Positions 49,269-59,117 of a stretch of DNA of 64,000 bases are shown here, one piece after another (position 1 is the first letter of the stretch; every line of letters begins with the position of its first letter). Under the pieces are notes generated by a model. That model did no database searches. It was not told the origin of the DNA and saw nothing but the letters and a program-made list of their open reading frames with translations. The stretch is from the NCBI GenBank assembly GCA_050916045.1, contig CP051526.1:1856001-1920000 (forward strand), given 5' to 3'. The position numbers were made by a program, and so were the translations under genes. Source of the stretch: Tepidisphaera sp. GTDB taxonomy: Bacteria; Planctomycetota; Phycisphaerae; Phycisphaerales; UBA1924.

Positions 49269-51518
49269 ATGCCACCACCGCCGACACGCGAGATTCATGT
49301 CCCGCTCGCGACCCGCCTGGGTTCGGGCGAGGGCCTCGCGCGGACGGAATGGCTCCTCGCAAGCGGCCTGGGCGGCTTCGCCATGGGCACGGCGTCGGGC
49401 ATCCCCTCCCGCCGGTACCACGGCTGGCTCATCGGCTCGGCCCGTCCCCCCGTCGCTCGCGTCCTCGCCCTTACCGCCATGGCCGAGTGGCTGATCCTCC
49501 TGCCGGGCGCCGCCGGCGGCACCAGCGAGCAGCGCTACGACCTCTCTTCCTTCCGTTTCTCCGGCACCACCGGCGGCTCAGTCTCCCCCAAGGGCGTCGA
49601 GTCGCTCCAACGCTTCGAGAAGGGCCCGACCTCCGTCCGCCACGAGTACAAGTTCGGCCTCCTGAAAGCCTCCCGCGAGATCCTCCCGCTCCACGGCCAG
49701 AACGCCGTGATGATCCGCTACCGCCTCCGCACCGGCGGCCACGCGGGCACCCTCGAACTCCACCCCCTCGTCGCTCTCCGCGACTTCCACGGCCCCCTCA
49801 TCGACCACCACGCCCGCGAGGACGCCTACACCGTTTCGCCCCTCCCCTCCGGTGTTGAGGTCACGCATCGGGCGTGGCACGTCTCCATCTGCTCGGCCGG
49901 TATCTCCTCCGGCGCCTCCTTCGTCCCCGGCCCCCGCTGGTGGTACAACTTCGAGTACATGCGCGAAGCCGAACGCGGCCTTGACGCCCACGAAGACCTC
50001 TTCTGCCCCGGCGTCCTCTCGGTCCCCCTCCCCAGCTATCCCGCCATCAGCGGCGATGATCTCGAGCACGTCATCGACGTCACCGCGAGCTTCTGGGCCG
50101 ATGATGGGCTCGGCCAGGGCTCAAAGAGCACGCCCACCGGCCGCGCCTCCCACGCCGCCGACGCCGTCCGCACCCGCATGGCCGACGTCGTCGCCCGCGC
50201 GGTGACCACCGCCGAGCACGCCGCTTCCACCTTGACCCCCTCCGACCGGTCCGCCATCGCCTCCCTCGCCGCCGCGGGCGATGCGTTCATCGTCGAACGC
50301 GTCGATGCCCCGAGCACCGCGAGCGATGTCTCCGTCATCGCCGGCTACCCGTGGTTCAGCGACTGGGGCCGCGACACGATGATCTCCCTCCGCGGGCTCT
50401 TCCTCGAAACCGGCCGCCACGATGAAGCCGGCCGCGTCCTCGAGACCTTCGCACGATACACCGACCACGGCCTCATCCCCAACTGCTTCGACGATGTCAC
50501 CGGCGAACCGCAGTACCACACCGTCGATGCATCCCTCTGGTTCATCCACGCCGCCTGCGATTATCTCGCGACCACAAGCGATGCCGAGCGGTTCTTCGCG
50601 TCGCTCCTCCCCGCATGCAACGCCATCATCGCCGCCTACCGCGACGGCATCTCGCACCACGGCGAGGACGGCGACTGGTCGATCAAGATGGACGCCGACG
50701 GCCTCATCGAAGCCGGCCACCCCGGCACCGCGCTCACCTGGATGGACGCCCGCCGCGATGGCGTCGTCTTTACGCCCCGCGACGGCAAGCCCGTCGAGAT
50801 ACAAGCTCTCTGGTACCACGCTTTGCTCGCCCTCGCGGGCGCGATCGACGCGAAAGACCCGCGCCTCGCCCGCGAGTACCGCCAGCTCGCCGAACGCACC
50901 GGCACCGCCCTCACGACCCGCTACTGGGACCCCGCCCGCGGCTACCTCGCCGACCGCCTGACACGCGAGAATGGTGGTGGAGGTGGTGGGGGATGGACCG
51001 CCGACTGGTCCAACCGCTGCAACCAGATATTCGCCGCAAGCCTCGCCCACTCCCCGCTGACCCCCGCCATGCGGGCCGGCGTCGTGAGCACCGTCCGCTC
51101 GCGCCTGCTCACCCCGATGGGTCTCCGCACCCTCGACCCGCGCGACCCGCGATACATCGGTCGTTACCGCGGCCCCCTGTTCGAACGCGACAAAGCCTAC
51201 CACAACGGCACCGTCTGGCCCTGGCTCATCGGTCCCTACATCCGCGCCCTGCTCCGCTCGGGCGCCGACTCCGGCAACATCCAAGCCGCCTGCGCCGAAG
51301 CCCGCCAAGCCCTCGCTCCGCTCCTGAACTCCATCACCGCCGGCCTCGCCGCAGGCTCCCTCCCCGAAATCTTCGACGGCGACCTGCCGATGTCCGCCGG
51401 CGGTGGGGGAGGCACGGGCGCACCCGGTTTTCAGAAGCCCGACGGCTGCATGGCCCAAGCCTGGTCCGTCGCCCAGACCCTCGAAGCCCTCCTCGCGATC
51501 CTCCGCGCCGAGCGGTGA
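49269..51518 (+). CDS. Glycogen debranching enzyme / amylo-alpha-1,6-glucosidase
   Basis: EWL...GLGGFA, AGYPWFSDWGRD, LTWMD, GKPVE, YHNGTVWPW, QAWS. Confidence 0.92.
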   Translation: MPPPPTREIHVPLATRLGSGEGLARTEWLLASGLGGFAMGTASGIPSRRYHGWLIGSARPPVARVLALTAMAEWLILLPGAAGGTSEQRYDLSSFRFSGTTGGSVSPKGVESLQRFEKGPTSVRHEYKFGLLKASREILPLHGQNAVMIRYRLRTGGHAGTLELHPLVALRDFHGPLIDHHAREDAYTVSPLPSGVEVTHRAWHVSICSAGISSGASFVPGPRWWYNFEYMREAERGLDAHEDLFCPGVLSVPLPSYPAISGDDLEHVIDVTASFWADDGLGQGSKSTPTGRASHAADAVRTRMADVVARAVTTAEHAASTLTPSDRSAIASLAAAGDAFIVERVDAPSTASDVSVIAGYPWFSDWGRDTMISLRGLFLETGRHDEAGRVLETFARYTDHGLIPNCFDDVTGEPQYHTVDASLWFIHAACDYLATTSDAERFFASLLPACNAIIAAYRDGISHHGEDGDWSIKMDADGLIEAGHPGTALTWMDARRDGVVFTPRDGKPVEIQALWYHALLALAGAIDAKDPRLAREYRQLAERTGTALTTRYWDPARGYLADRLTRENGGGGGGGWTADWSNRCNQIFAASLAHSPLTPAMRAGVVSTVRSRLLTPMGLRTLDPRDPRYIGRYRGPLFERDKAYHNGTVWPWLIGPYIRALLRSGADSGNIQAACAEARQALAPLLNSITAGLAAGSLPEIFDGDLPMSAGGGGGTGAPGFQKPDGCMAQAWSVAQTLEALLAILRAER

Positions 51519-51532
51519 AGTTCCTCTTTGGT

Positions 51533-51589
51533 GGCCCGGCTCTCCGAGCCGGGTCTCATCTGAGAGCACCGCTCTCCAGAGCGGTGCTC
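51533..51589. repeat. Two related tandem hairpins between convergent genes (terminator or REP-like)
   Basis: GGCCCGGCTC-TCC-GAGCCGGGTC and GAGCACCGCTCT-CC-AGAGCGGTGCTC. Confidence 0.65.
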
Positions 51590-52025
51590 AGCCCCCCTCG
51601 CGCACTCGCACCCGGTACGCCCGCTTCGCCACATCCTCATCCAGCATCAGCGGGATCATCCACTTCAGGTTCGGGATCACCGCCTCCGGCACCGGGCTCA
51701 CCGGGTGTATCTCGAGCTTCTCATCCGTCTTCGAGTGGCACGCATCGAGATCCCCGAACGCCCGGAAGAAATGCCCCTCCCACCCGCGCGGATCCGCCGG
51801 CGTCGGCACCCCGGCGAGCACGATGCACTCCTCCCACGCTTCGATCCGAACCCCCGCCTCCTCCCAGAACTCCCGCCGCATCGCGTCAAGCGGCGTCTCC
51901 CCGGCTTCGAGCTTCCCGCCCACACCGTTGAGCCGCCCCGCCTGCCACGCCGGCCGGTTCTTGCGGATGAAAAGCACCCGCGAGCGATCCTCGGAGAACA
52001 GAAACCCGCACGAGTAAACCTGCAT
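51588..52025 (-). CDS. NUDIX hydrolase
   Basis: Nudix box GGKLEAGETPLDAMRREFWEEAGV. Confidence 0.92.
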   Translation of the reverse strand: MQVYSCGFLFSEDRSRVLFIRKNRPAWQAGRLNGVGGKLEAGETPLDAMRREFWEEAGVRIEAWEECIVLAGVPTPADPRGWEGHFFRAFGDLDACHSKTDEKLEIHPVSPVPEAVIPNLKWMIPLMLDEDVAKRAYRVRVREGG

Positions 52026-52065
52026 GGCCCCAGCATACTCCTCGCTTCGGCCGTGAGGTGTGGTC

Positions 52066-52360
52066 GGGGTGACAAGGTGACAGGGTGACAGGGTGACAGC
52101 ATGAAGGGAGTGGGGGTGATCGGGCTTGGGGGCGGAACGTGGGTTGTCACGAGCGGCGCGATGCCTGTCCGGATTGAGACCATTTCAGTCTCGACCGAGC
52201 TCGCTGCCGTCCAGCCCGGAACGGCTCCTGTCTTGACCGAGGGGGCTGCGTTGCGGACAGAAGTGGCTTCTGTCGCGACAGAGACGGGTACTGTTTGGGC
52301 CAGAACGGCCCCGCCAGCATGCGCCTCGTGACCGTCTCGCCTCCTTGATCTTGTCACCCC
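52066..52360. repeat. About 295-bp element: 11-bp terminal inverted repeats, 4 x 8-bp tandem repeat, 8 x 21-bp degenerate array
   Basis: GGGGTGACAAG (52066) / CTTGTCACCCC (52350-52360); (RGGTGACA)4 at 52067-52098; 21-bp period at 52146-52313. Confidence 0.7.
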
Positions 52361-52367
52361 CTCGCCC

Positions 52368-53150
52368 TCACATCTCCCGCGCCGGCGGACAAACCTTCGT
52401 CTTCACATCGCACACCTGAAGCACAAACCGCGTCAGCGATGCCGCCCAGCCCACCATGATCCGGTAGAAGAAAAGCCCCACCAGCATGAGCGCCACCGGC
52501 ACCCACGTCTGCCACCACAGAAGCTCCCGCTCCGAATTCACCCGCTGAGCCGCCGCGAACGCCACCACATCCCACGCCATGTGCATCGCCGATCCCAGCA
52601 CGTAACACACCGGCACCGCCCACACCACATGCCACTTCCGCTTCCCCGGCATCGTGAAAAGCCCAAGCCCAAAGCAGGTGATCCCGCCCATCACCAGATG
52701 CCCCGCCAGCCGGATCGGCTCCTGCGGCGGCAGAAACACGCTCGGCTCCGACTGGCCCAGCACGTGGATCGACTCCTCCAGCGCCGCCCCAAGCCCCGCG
52801 AACGACCCCAGCACCACCCCGTCCAGCGGCTCATTGAACCACCGCCTCCCCATCCACCCAAACGCGATCGCGATCACCGCCACCGCCAAAAACTTGAACC
52901 CCTCCTCCACCGTCCCCGCCAGAAACGCCTGGTACAGATCCGTCGCTTCCCCGTGCTCATCAATCGCCCTCGCGATGAAAAGCCCCTGCACCCGTCCCGC
53001 CAGATTCATCCCCCCGGCCCCAAGCAGCGTCGCCAGAACCAAAAGCCACCACGGCTCGTGGTCGTACAAGTCGTACCGCTTCACGATCCACACCGTGACC
53101 AGCGCACACAGCGCCAGCGTCCCGTACAAGATGATGTTCGTCGTAAGCAT
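52368..53150 (-). CDS. PrsW-family intramembrane metalloprotease
   Basis: YDHEP, VEEGFK, LDG..G...GLG...EE, GH motifs; multiple TM. Confidence 0.85.
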   Translation of the reverse strand: MLTTNIILYGTLALCALVTVWIVKRYDLYDHEPWWLLVLATLLGAGGMNLAGRVQGLFIARAIDEHGEATDLYQAFLAGTVEEGFKFLAVAVIAIAFGWMGRRWFNEPLDGVVLGSFAGLGAALEESIHVLGQSEPSVFLPPQEPIRLAGHLVMGGITCFGLGLFTMPGKRKWHVVWAVPVCYVLGSAMHMAWDVVAFAAAQRVNSERELLWWQTWVPVALMLVGLFFYRIMVGWAASLTRFVLQVCDVKTKVCPPAREM

Positions 53151-53163
53151 GTCCCCGCCCAGC

Positions 53164-53868
53164 CTACCCGATCACGCCCGAGCCCGCCCCACCCCGCGAA
53201 GCCCCACCCCGCGATGCCCGTTCACCGATCAGTTTCATCAGCCACGGGGCGAAATCCGCTTTGCTCATCATCCCCGGCGTCCCCACCCGCGACCCATCGG
53301 CTCCCAGAATCACCGCTTCCACGTTCGGGCTGTCCATCGTCTCAAGCGGGTTGGCGACGACCATATCCACCTTCTTCCGCACCAGCTTCGACTCCGCGGA
53401 GGCGATCATCTCTTCGCGCGGCTCAAGCGCAAACCCCACGAACATCTGCCCCGCCTTCTTCCGCCCCGCGACCTCCGCCAGCAGGTCCGGCGTCGGTTCA
53501 AGCTCAAGCGTCATCGCCTCGCTCGTCCGGCGGAACTTCCCCCCGCTCATCGCCGGATTCGGCTTGGGGCGATAGTCCGCCACCGCCGCCGCCATCACCA
53601 GCACCTCCGCCCCGCCCACCTCTTCCGCCAGAAGCCCCCGCAGATTCTCGCACGTCATGAACCGCCGAACCTTCACCCGCCCATCCTTGGGCGCAACCGC
53701 CACCGGCCCCAGCAGAAGCGTCACGTCCCACCCGTCCATCGCCGCCGCATCCGCCAGCGCCACCCCCATCCGACCCGACGACCGATTCCCGAGGAACCGC
53801 ACCGCGTCGATCGGCTCGTGCGTCGGTCCGGCGGTGATCACCATGCGGCGAGAAGAGGCTTGCGTCAT
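53164..53868 (-). CDS. coaB: Phosphopantothenate--cysteine ligase (stand-alone CoaB domain)
   Basis: ITAGPTHEPIDAVRFLGNRSSGRMG, AAAVADY, VGFALE, VAN. Confidence 0.9.
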   Translation of the reverse strand: MTQASSRRMVITAGPTHEPIDAVRFLGNRSSGRMGVALADAAAMDGWDVTLLLGPVAVAPKDGRVKVRRFMTCENLRGLLAEEVGGAEVLVMAAAVADYRPKPNPAMSGGKFRRTSEAMTLELEPTPDLLAEVAGRKKAGQMFVGFALEPREEMIASAESKLVRKKVDMVVANPLETMDSPNVEAVILGADGSRVGTPGMMSKADFAPWLMKLIGERASRGGASRGGAGSGVIG

Positions 53869-54018
53869 GGCCCAATCCTAGCGGCCGAGCCTGCCCGCGC
53901 TTCCCACCCAAAAGGGCAAAGCGGCCCGCGTCGCCGCAGGCCGCTTCAATCATCGGAATGTTGTGACTCCCTGCTTCGGCGACGGGGAAACCGTCACGCA
54001 GCAGGTTGCCGCGATCCG

Positions 54019-54135
54019 TCAGACCTTGCCCAAAAGCCAGTACAGCAGAATGAAGATCAGAATCGTGGAGAAGCACCCGCCCCCGAGCTTCCACGCTCCC
54101 AGCCCCGCGAGAATGCCTCTGAATCCGTCCCGCAT
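54019..54135 (-). CDS. 38-aa small membrane protein (not in ORF track)
   Basis: GGGAGG RBS; MRDGFRGILAGLGAWKLGGGCFSTILIFILLYWLLGKV. Confidence 0.7.
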   Translation of the reverse strand: MRDGFRGILAGLGAWKLGGGCFSTILIFILLYWLLGKV

Positions 54136-54167
54136 GTGTAATTCCTCCCTGCCCGCGGCGATCAGGC

Positions 54168-54311
54168 TCAGTCGGCGGCCCGCTGAATCCCTTCACCGGC
54201 CTTCTCAATATCCTCGCCGGCGCCCTCGACCGTGTTGCACCCGACCTGGATCAACACGACCACGGCGACCAACGCGAGACCGACCAACGAACGAGCGATG
54301 CGACGAATCAT
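54168..54311 (-). CDS. Entericidin EcnA/B-family lipoprotein (47 aa, not in ORF track)
   Basis: MIRRIARSLVGLALVAVVVLIQVGCNTVEGAGEDIEKAGEGIQRAAD; CNTxxGxGxDI signature. Confidence 0.85.
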   Translation of the reverse strand: MIRRIARSLVGLALVAVVVLIQVGCNTVEGAGEDIEKAGEGIQRAAD

Positions 54312-54394
54312 GAACGAAACCTTTCACACGGAATGAACCACGAAGCCGGACGCGAACCGTCGCGCCCGCGTAAAGGCAAGCCCTCCCAGAGGAC

Positions 54395-54580
54395 TCAGAC
54401 CGGCGGCACCGGCGGGTTCCGACCGCCTACGAGATGTGCAACCGTGCTGATCAGGAAGAGCACGACGAACACCAGGAACAGGATCTTGGCGATGTCGGCC
54501 GAGAGGCCCGCCAGCGCGCCGAACCCCAGCACCGCGGCGACCAACGCGACGATCAGAAATGTCAGAGCCCAACGAAGCAT
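54395..54580 (-). CDS. DUF1328 (YtjA-like) small membrane protein
   Basis: [25 protein letters not shown]...IAKILF; AAAGGA RBS. Confidence 0.9.
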   Translation of the reverse strand: MLRWALTFLIVALVAAVLGFGALAGLSADIAKILFLVFVVLFLISTVAHLVGGRNPPVPPV

Positions 54581-54763
54581 GATGCGGTTTCCTTTGAATG
54601 CCGTGAATGAGACTTCCACCGCGAACCCCGCGGGGCTCTCGCGCCCGTCCGGTGTTCCGGCATGAGTGGTGTGGGGCCGCGAGACGCGCCCGCCGTGAAA
54701 CCCGCATGATGAAGTCAACATCGGCCCCTTGGGCGCGCCCCGCGTCGATGTGCCCCGCCAAGC

Positions 54764-54793
54764 AAAAAAGTCCGGCCGCTCTCGCAGCCGGAC
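54764..54793 (-). terminator. Rho-independent terminator
   Basis: GTCCGGC/GCCGGAC stem with T6 tail on minus strand. Confidence 0.7.
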
Positions 54794-54818
54794 CTCGTGT
54801 TCACTCAACCGTTCGGGC

Positions 54819-56348
54819 TCAGCAGCCCGTCTCAAACGCCGTCACGAAATCCGCGTAGTCGAAGAAGTCGACGAACGCATCGCCGTTGAAGTCCGCCGTC
54901 GTCCCGTCCGGGCACCCCGCCCCCTCAAAGCACGCCACATAATCCGCGTAATCAAAGAAGTCGATGAACTGGTCCCCGTTGAAGTCCGCAGCGCACCCGC
55001 CCGGAACCTCGAAAAGCGTCACATCGCCCCCGTTCCCGAACGAGTTCGCGTGCCCGCCCTTGTTCCCCGACGCCACGTACCGCCCGTCCGGCGTCATCGC
55101 AAGCGTGAACACCGACCCACGCGTATCCACCTCGCCGATCAGGTTCACGCTCCGGTCAAAGATCATCACCTCGGGGTGGTCGTTGTTCTGCGTCCCCCAC
55201 GATGACACCACGAACTTGGACCCGTCGTCCGAAATCGCCGCACCCGAAGCCGCATCCTGGAAGCCCCCGCTCCCGATCGTGTGATACGTCCCCAAAAGCG
55301 TCCGGCTCGGCACGTCCCACGAACGCGTCCGCGTGTCGAGGTACCCATTGCCATAATCGTGCGTGATCGCCACCACCGTGTTCCCGTCACGCGACACCGC
55401 CGAGCCCCACCCAAACCACTGCGTCCGGTCCGTGAAGTTGATCACCGGCGTCCACACGCCCCCGCTCTCCGTGTACACCGTCAGGTTGAACCCACCCAGC
55501 ACGATCGTCTTCCCGTTCCCCGAGATCTGGAAGCTCGCGCCGCCTCCCGAGCCCCCCGCGGTGAACGTCACCGTTCCAGTCGCCGTGTTCAGCACCTGCC
55601 CGTTGCTGTCGTTGGTGATCAGGCACACCGACCCGTCATCCGACAGGTCCACGCCGCCCACGCCTCCGTTCCCATCCCACTGCGAACGCACCGTCCCGTC
55701 CGCGTTGAAGATGTACACCCGCGCGAAGACGCGCTGCTGGTTCTGGTCGTAGTACGACCCGCCCACCGCGATCGTGCTCCCGTCCCGCGAGACCTTGACC
55801 GACTTGTTGCTTCCCACGACGTACGGCGCCGGGAAGTCAAACGTCCACGTCGGCCCCGCCGAGGTGTACGCACGCACCGTAAACGGACCCGTGTACTCCA
55901 CACCGTCCGCCATCACCGCCAGGTCCGCGCCCGCCGAAGCCGAAACCGCCGCCGCGCTGTTCGCGACCGTCGGATACGAATCGTTCACCGTCCCGTCGCC
56001 CGGAACCGCGAAATTCTGCAGCACCTCGTTGTTCAACGTCTGACCCACCCACAGCAGCCCAGCCGTCGGTGCAAACGACACCGCGTTCGGGATCGCGAGG
56101 AACCCGTTGGCGTACGTCCACACCACGCCTCGGCCCGTGAACGGAGAGTCCGGGTTCCACGGCCCGCTCGCCGGCGTCACCCACGCTCCGTGCTCGTTCG
56201 TGTGCGCGATCCACGCCCGGCCATCCTCCGCCGAAGCGCTCGAAGCCGCGACAGCCGCGACGCCCAATGCAAGCCCGACGGAACGCCCGATCGACCGCGC
56301 GGTCGACACCGAGGCCAAACTCTCGACGCTCTTCGAAACGCTGCTCAT
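54819..56348 (-). CDS. Secreted beta-propeller protein with GC-type dockerin
   Basis: CAGGAG RBS; signal peptide; S.DG repeats (WD-like); [16 protein letters not shown]...FETGC. Confidence 0.85.
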   Translation of the reverse strand: MSSVSKSVESLASVSTARSIGRSVGLALGVAAVAASSASAEDGRAWIAHTNEHGAWVTPASGPWNPDSPFTGRGVVWTYANGFLAIPNAVSFAPTAGLLWVGQTLNNEVLQNFAVPGDGTVNDSYPTVANSAAAVSASAGADLAVMADGVEYTGPFTVRAYTSAGPTWTFDFPAPYVVGSNKSVKVSRDGSTIAVGGSYYDQNQQRVFARVYIFNADGTVRSQWDGNGGVGGVDLSDDGSVCLITNDSNGQVLNTATGTVTFTAGGSGGGASFQISGNGKTIVLGGFNLTVYTESGGVWTPVINFTDRTQWFGWGSAVSRDGNTVVAITHDYGNGYLDTRTRSWDVPSRTLLGTYHTIGSGGFQDAASGAAISDDGSKFVVSSWGTQNNDHPEVMIFDRSVNLIGEVDTRGSVFTLAMTPDGRYVASGNKGGHANSFGNGGDVTLFEVPGGCAADFNGDQFIDFFDYADYVACFEGAGCPDGTTADFNGDAFVDFFDYADFVTAFETGC

Positions 56349-56564
56349 GGGGTTCTCCTGTTCATCACAATCAGCCCCGCCGACGACAAAAAACCCTCCG
56401 GGGCCGGAACCCCAGTGTACAGAATCCTGACGGACCGTCAAACATGTTTCGCACCCCGGCCAGACCCCCAATCATGGTCCAAAACTCTCGGGATAGGCCC
56501 TTCGAACGACGCCCACGCCAGTATGAAAGGACCTTCATCTCGGCGATCTCACTTTCGACCCCCG

Positions 56565-56598
56565 AAAAGAAACAACCCCGCGCTTTCGCGCGGGGTTG
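56565..56598 (-). terminator. Rho-independent terminator
   Basis: CAACCCCGCGC-TTTC-GCGCGGGGTTG with T-rich tail on minus strand. Confidence 0.75.
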
Positions 56599-56671
56599 CG
56601 ACGTTGAACGTGCGATGTCCAACGTTGGAGGGGCTCGGTCAGCCGCGGCGCCGCCGCGGGTTCTCGCCGGC

Positions 56672-58906
56672 TCAGCAGCCGGTCTCAAAGAGCTCAACAA
56701 ACGCGTCGTAGTCGAAGAAGTCCACGAACTCATCCCCGTTCGTGTCCGCCGAAAGCGGGTTGAAGTTCGGGCAGTCCCCGCCCTCAAAGCACGCGACGAA
56801 CGCGTCATAGTCAAAGAAGTCCACGAACTGATCGCAGTTGAAGTCCGCAGGGCAAAGCGACATCGTCACCGTCTCGCTCGTCGCGTTCCCGCACGGGCTC
56901 AGGAACTGGCACCGCAGCACGTACGAGCTCGGCGCCGGGAACCGCCCCGGAATGATGCTCAGGAACTGCCCCGTCGAGCCGAAGAACTCGATCACCCGGC
57001 CGTCCGACATCGCGTTCGGCCCGTCGCTCAGCGCGACGAAGTCGTTGGGCGTCGAAGCGTTCGCGATCTCCCACTGCGAGGTCAGGTCGGCCGAGTTGCT
57101 CACCGCGACCGCGTTCGCGCTCAGGAACGACCCCTGGCAACCCACGACGTCCGTCGGCTGCTGCAGGATCTGAGTCCCCTGCTGGAACGACACCGTCGCC
57201 GGGTCGCTCGTCACCGTCCCGCACGAGTTCGTCATGACCACGCGGTACCGCCCGTCGCGGTTGTTCCCGCACGTCGCTTGGCCCACGCGAAGCTGCGGCT
57301 TGGACACGCCCTCGTAGTCCCACTCGCCCCCGTACGGGAACCCCGAGCACGCCTCCGTCAGATCGATCCACTGGTCAGGATTCTGCGGATCCTCGCGCTG
57401 CCACTGGTACGTCATCGGCCAGGTGCCCGAAGCGAACACGTTGAGAGCCACGCCGAACGGCGTGTACTGCGTCGAAACCCAACCCTGCGGCTGAAGCCCG
57501 ATCCGCGGCGCATCGCACGCAATCCCGCTCCCGTTCAGGTAGAGCACCCCGTGCGTCGCTGTCGCCAGTCCCAGCTCCTGCGGGCTGCACGTCGTCCGAC
57601 CGTCGTTGATCGTCACCGAAATCGCGTTCCCGTCCGCGCTGATCGTCCGCGCCGCCAGAAGCGTCAACCCCGGCTGCGTGATCGGATTCCCCGGAGCAAA
57701 CGACTCCAGATACTGCCCGAGGTCCACCGGCACGCCCGCGTTGATCGCCGGGTTCCAGATGAACGCCCGCTGCACGCGATCCCAGAAGCTCGTCCCGTAC
57801 GACGCCGTCCCCACGATCGTGTTCCCGTCGTCGCTCACCGCAAGCGGCAGGAACCCCAGCAGCGGCTTGGTCTCAGCGCCGTCGAAGTAGTCCGCCAGCT
57901 TGTCCAGAGCCTCCGGCGACCAGCTGTTGTCCGGCTGCCGGCGCCAACGCACCAGCTGCACATCATCAATCCCGAACGTCACGCGGTTGAACGTCGGAGA
58001 CGTCGTCCCCACGATCGTCGTCCCCGAGCCGTTCACCGAGTACGTCGCCCCGCTCGCCGAAAGCGAGTCCAGAAGCGTCTGCACCCCGTTCGTCCACACG
58101 CACGCCCGACGGCCCTCGTACGTCCCGAAGTCCGGATCGTTGATCTCGCCCTGGTCGTACCCCGTGATCACCGACCCGTCGTCGCTGATCGAGTCCGCCC
58201 GCGACGTCGTCGTTCCAGGCTGCACCGGCAGGGCCGAAAGCACGCCCGTCGAACGGTCCACGATGAAAGCGGCGAAATCACCGCAAAGGCCGTACGCCGG
58301 CGAACCGTCCGAACGGAAAAGCCCGCTCGTCCACGCTCCACCCACCATGTACCGCCCGTCACCCGACAGGTCGTTCACCGAGTTGATGTTGCTGTCGCAC
58401 CGCGTCCCGCCGAAAAACCGGCCCGTCGCCGCGTCAAGCTCACGCTCGATCGAACCCGCGTTCACCCAACCACCGCCGCTCGTCCAGCTGTGCGCAATCG
58501 TCGGAATCGAGCACGGGCTCGGCGGCGGAAGCGGTTCGCCAGGAACGCAGTCCCCGAACGCGCAGTACCCCGCAAAGCAGTTCAGATCGGCCCAGTTCGT
58601 ATCGTTCTGCTTGCCCGTCGCAAGCACCGACAGATCGCTCGACGCCCGGATCGGCTCGATCGAAAGCCCCGTCCCGTTGATCCGCGTGAAACCGACCCCA
58701 CGCTCCCACGTGTAGATCGCGTACTGCTCCGTCGTCGCGTCAAAGAACAGGCCCGTCGTCTTCCGACCATCCGACGACATGTCGTCCGTCAGCCCGTTCA
58801 CCACGAGCACCGGCTGCGCCACCGCCACCGAAGCCACGCTCAGACCGGCCAACGCGGCCAGACGCCACGCCCCGCCAATCCCGCTCCCCTTCACACGCAT
58901 CGCCAT
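56672..58906 (-). CDS. Secreted HAF-repeat-like propeller + two Ig-like domains + GC-type dockerin
   Basis: CAGGAG RBS; S.DG..I.G repeats, AFIWN; YQWQ...DGRYRVV Ig pattern; CPADFNCDQFVDFFDY...FETGC. Confidence 0.85.
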   Translation of the reverse strand: MAMRVKGSGIGGAWRLAALAGLSVASVAVAQPVLVVNGLTDDMSSDGRKTTGLFFDATTEQYAIYTWERGVGFTRINGTGLSIEPIRASSDLSVLATGKQNDTNWADLNCFAGYCAFGDCVPGEPLPPPSPCSIPTIAHSWTSGGGWVNAGSIERELDAATGRFFGGTRCDSNINSVNDLSGDGRYMVGGAWTSGLFRSDGSPAYGLCGDFAAFIVDRSTGVLSALPVQPGTTTSRADSISDDGSVITGYDQGEINDPDFGTYEGRRACVWTNGVQTLLDSLSASGATYSVNGSGTTIVGTTSPTFNRVTFGIDDVQLVRWRRQPDNSWSPEALDKLADYFDGAETKPLLGFLPLAVSDDGNTIVGTASYGTSFWDRVQRAFIWNPAINAGVPVDLGQYLESFAPGNPITQPGLTLLAARTISADGNAISVTINDGRTTCSPQELGLATATHGVLYLNGSGIACDAPRIGLQPQGWVSTQYTPFGVALNVFASGTWPMTYQWQREDPQNPDQWIDLTEACSGFPYGGEWDYEGVSKPQLRVGQATCGNNRDGRYRVVMTNSCGTVTSDPATVSFQQGTQILQQPTDVVGCQGSFLSANAVAVSNSADLTSQWEIANASTPNDFVALSDGPNAMSDGRVIEFFGSTGQFLSIIPGRFPAPSSYVLRCQFLSPCGNATSETVTMSLCPADFNCDQFVDFFDYDAFVACFEGGDCPNFNPLSADTNGDEFVDFFDYDAFVELFETGC

Positions 58907-58994
58907 GATCCATTCTCCTGTGTCAACCGCTGCCGCCCGGGACGACCAACCCAATTGAGGACCCGCGACCCGGCAAAGGCTAGATAATACCGAG

Positions 58995-59024
58995 TTTCGA
59001 TTTGTTTGCAAAGACAGTTCGAAA
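58995..59024. promoter_or_regulatory. AT-rich imperfect palindrome in divergent promoter region (candidate operator)
   Basis: TTTCGATTTGTTTGCAAAGACAGTTCGAAA. Confidence 0.4.
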
Positions 59025-59117
59025 GAAATGCGAAAAAACAGCAAGAATCTCCCGCCCCGGCCGATTTCTTCAGGTAGAATGGGCCCGGAGGCCTTCCGCA
59101 CCGACCGAGGAACGACA

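Noticed and set aside
53164..53868. CoaB without CoaC as a pseudogene fragment
   Set aside because: The ORF is an intact CoaB domain; split coaB/coaC genes are known in several lineages
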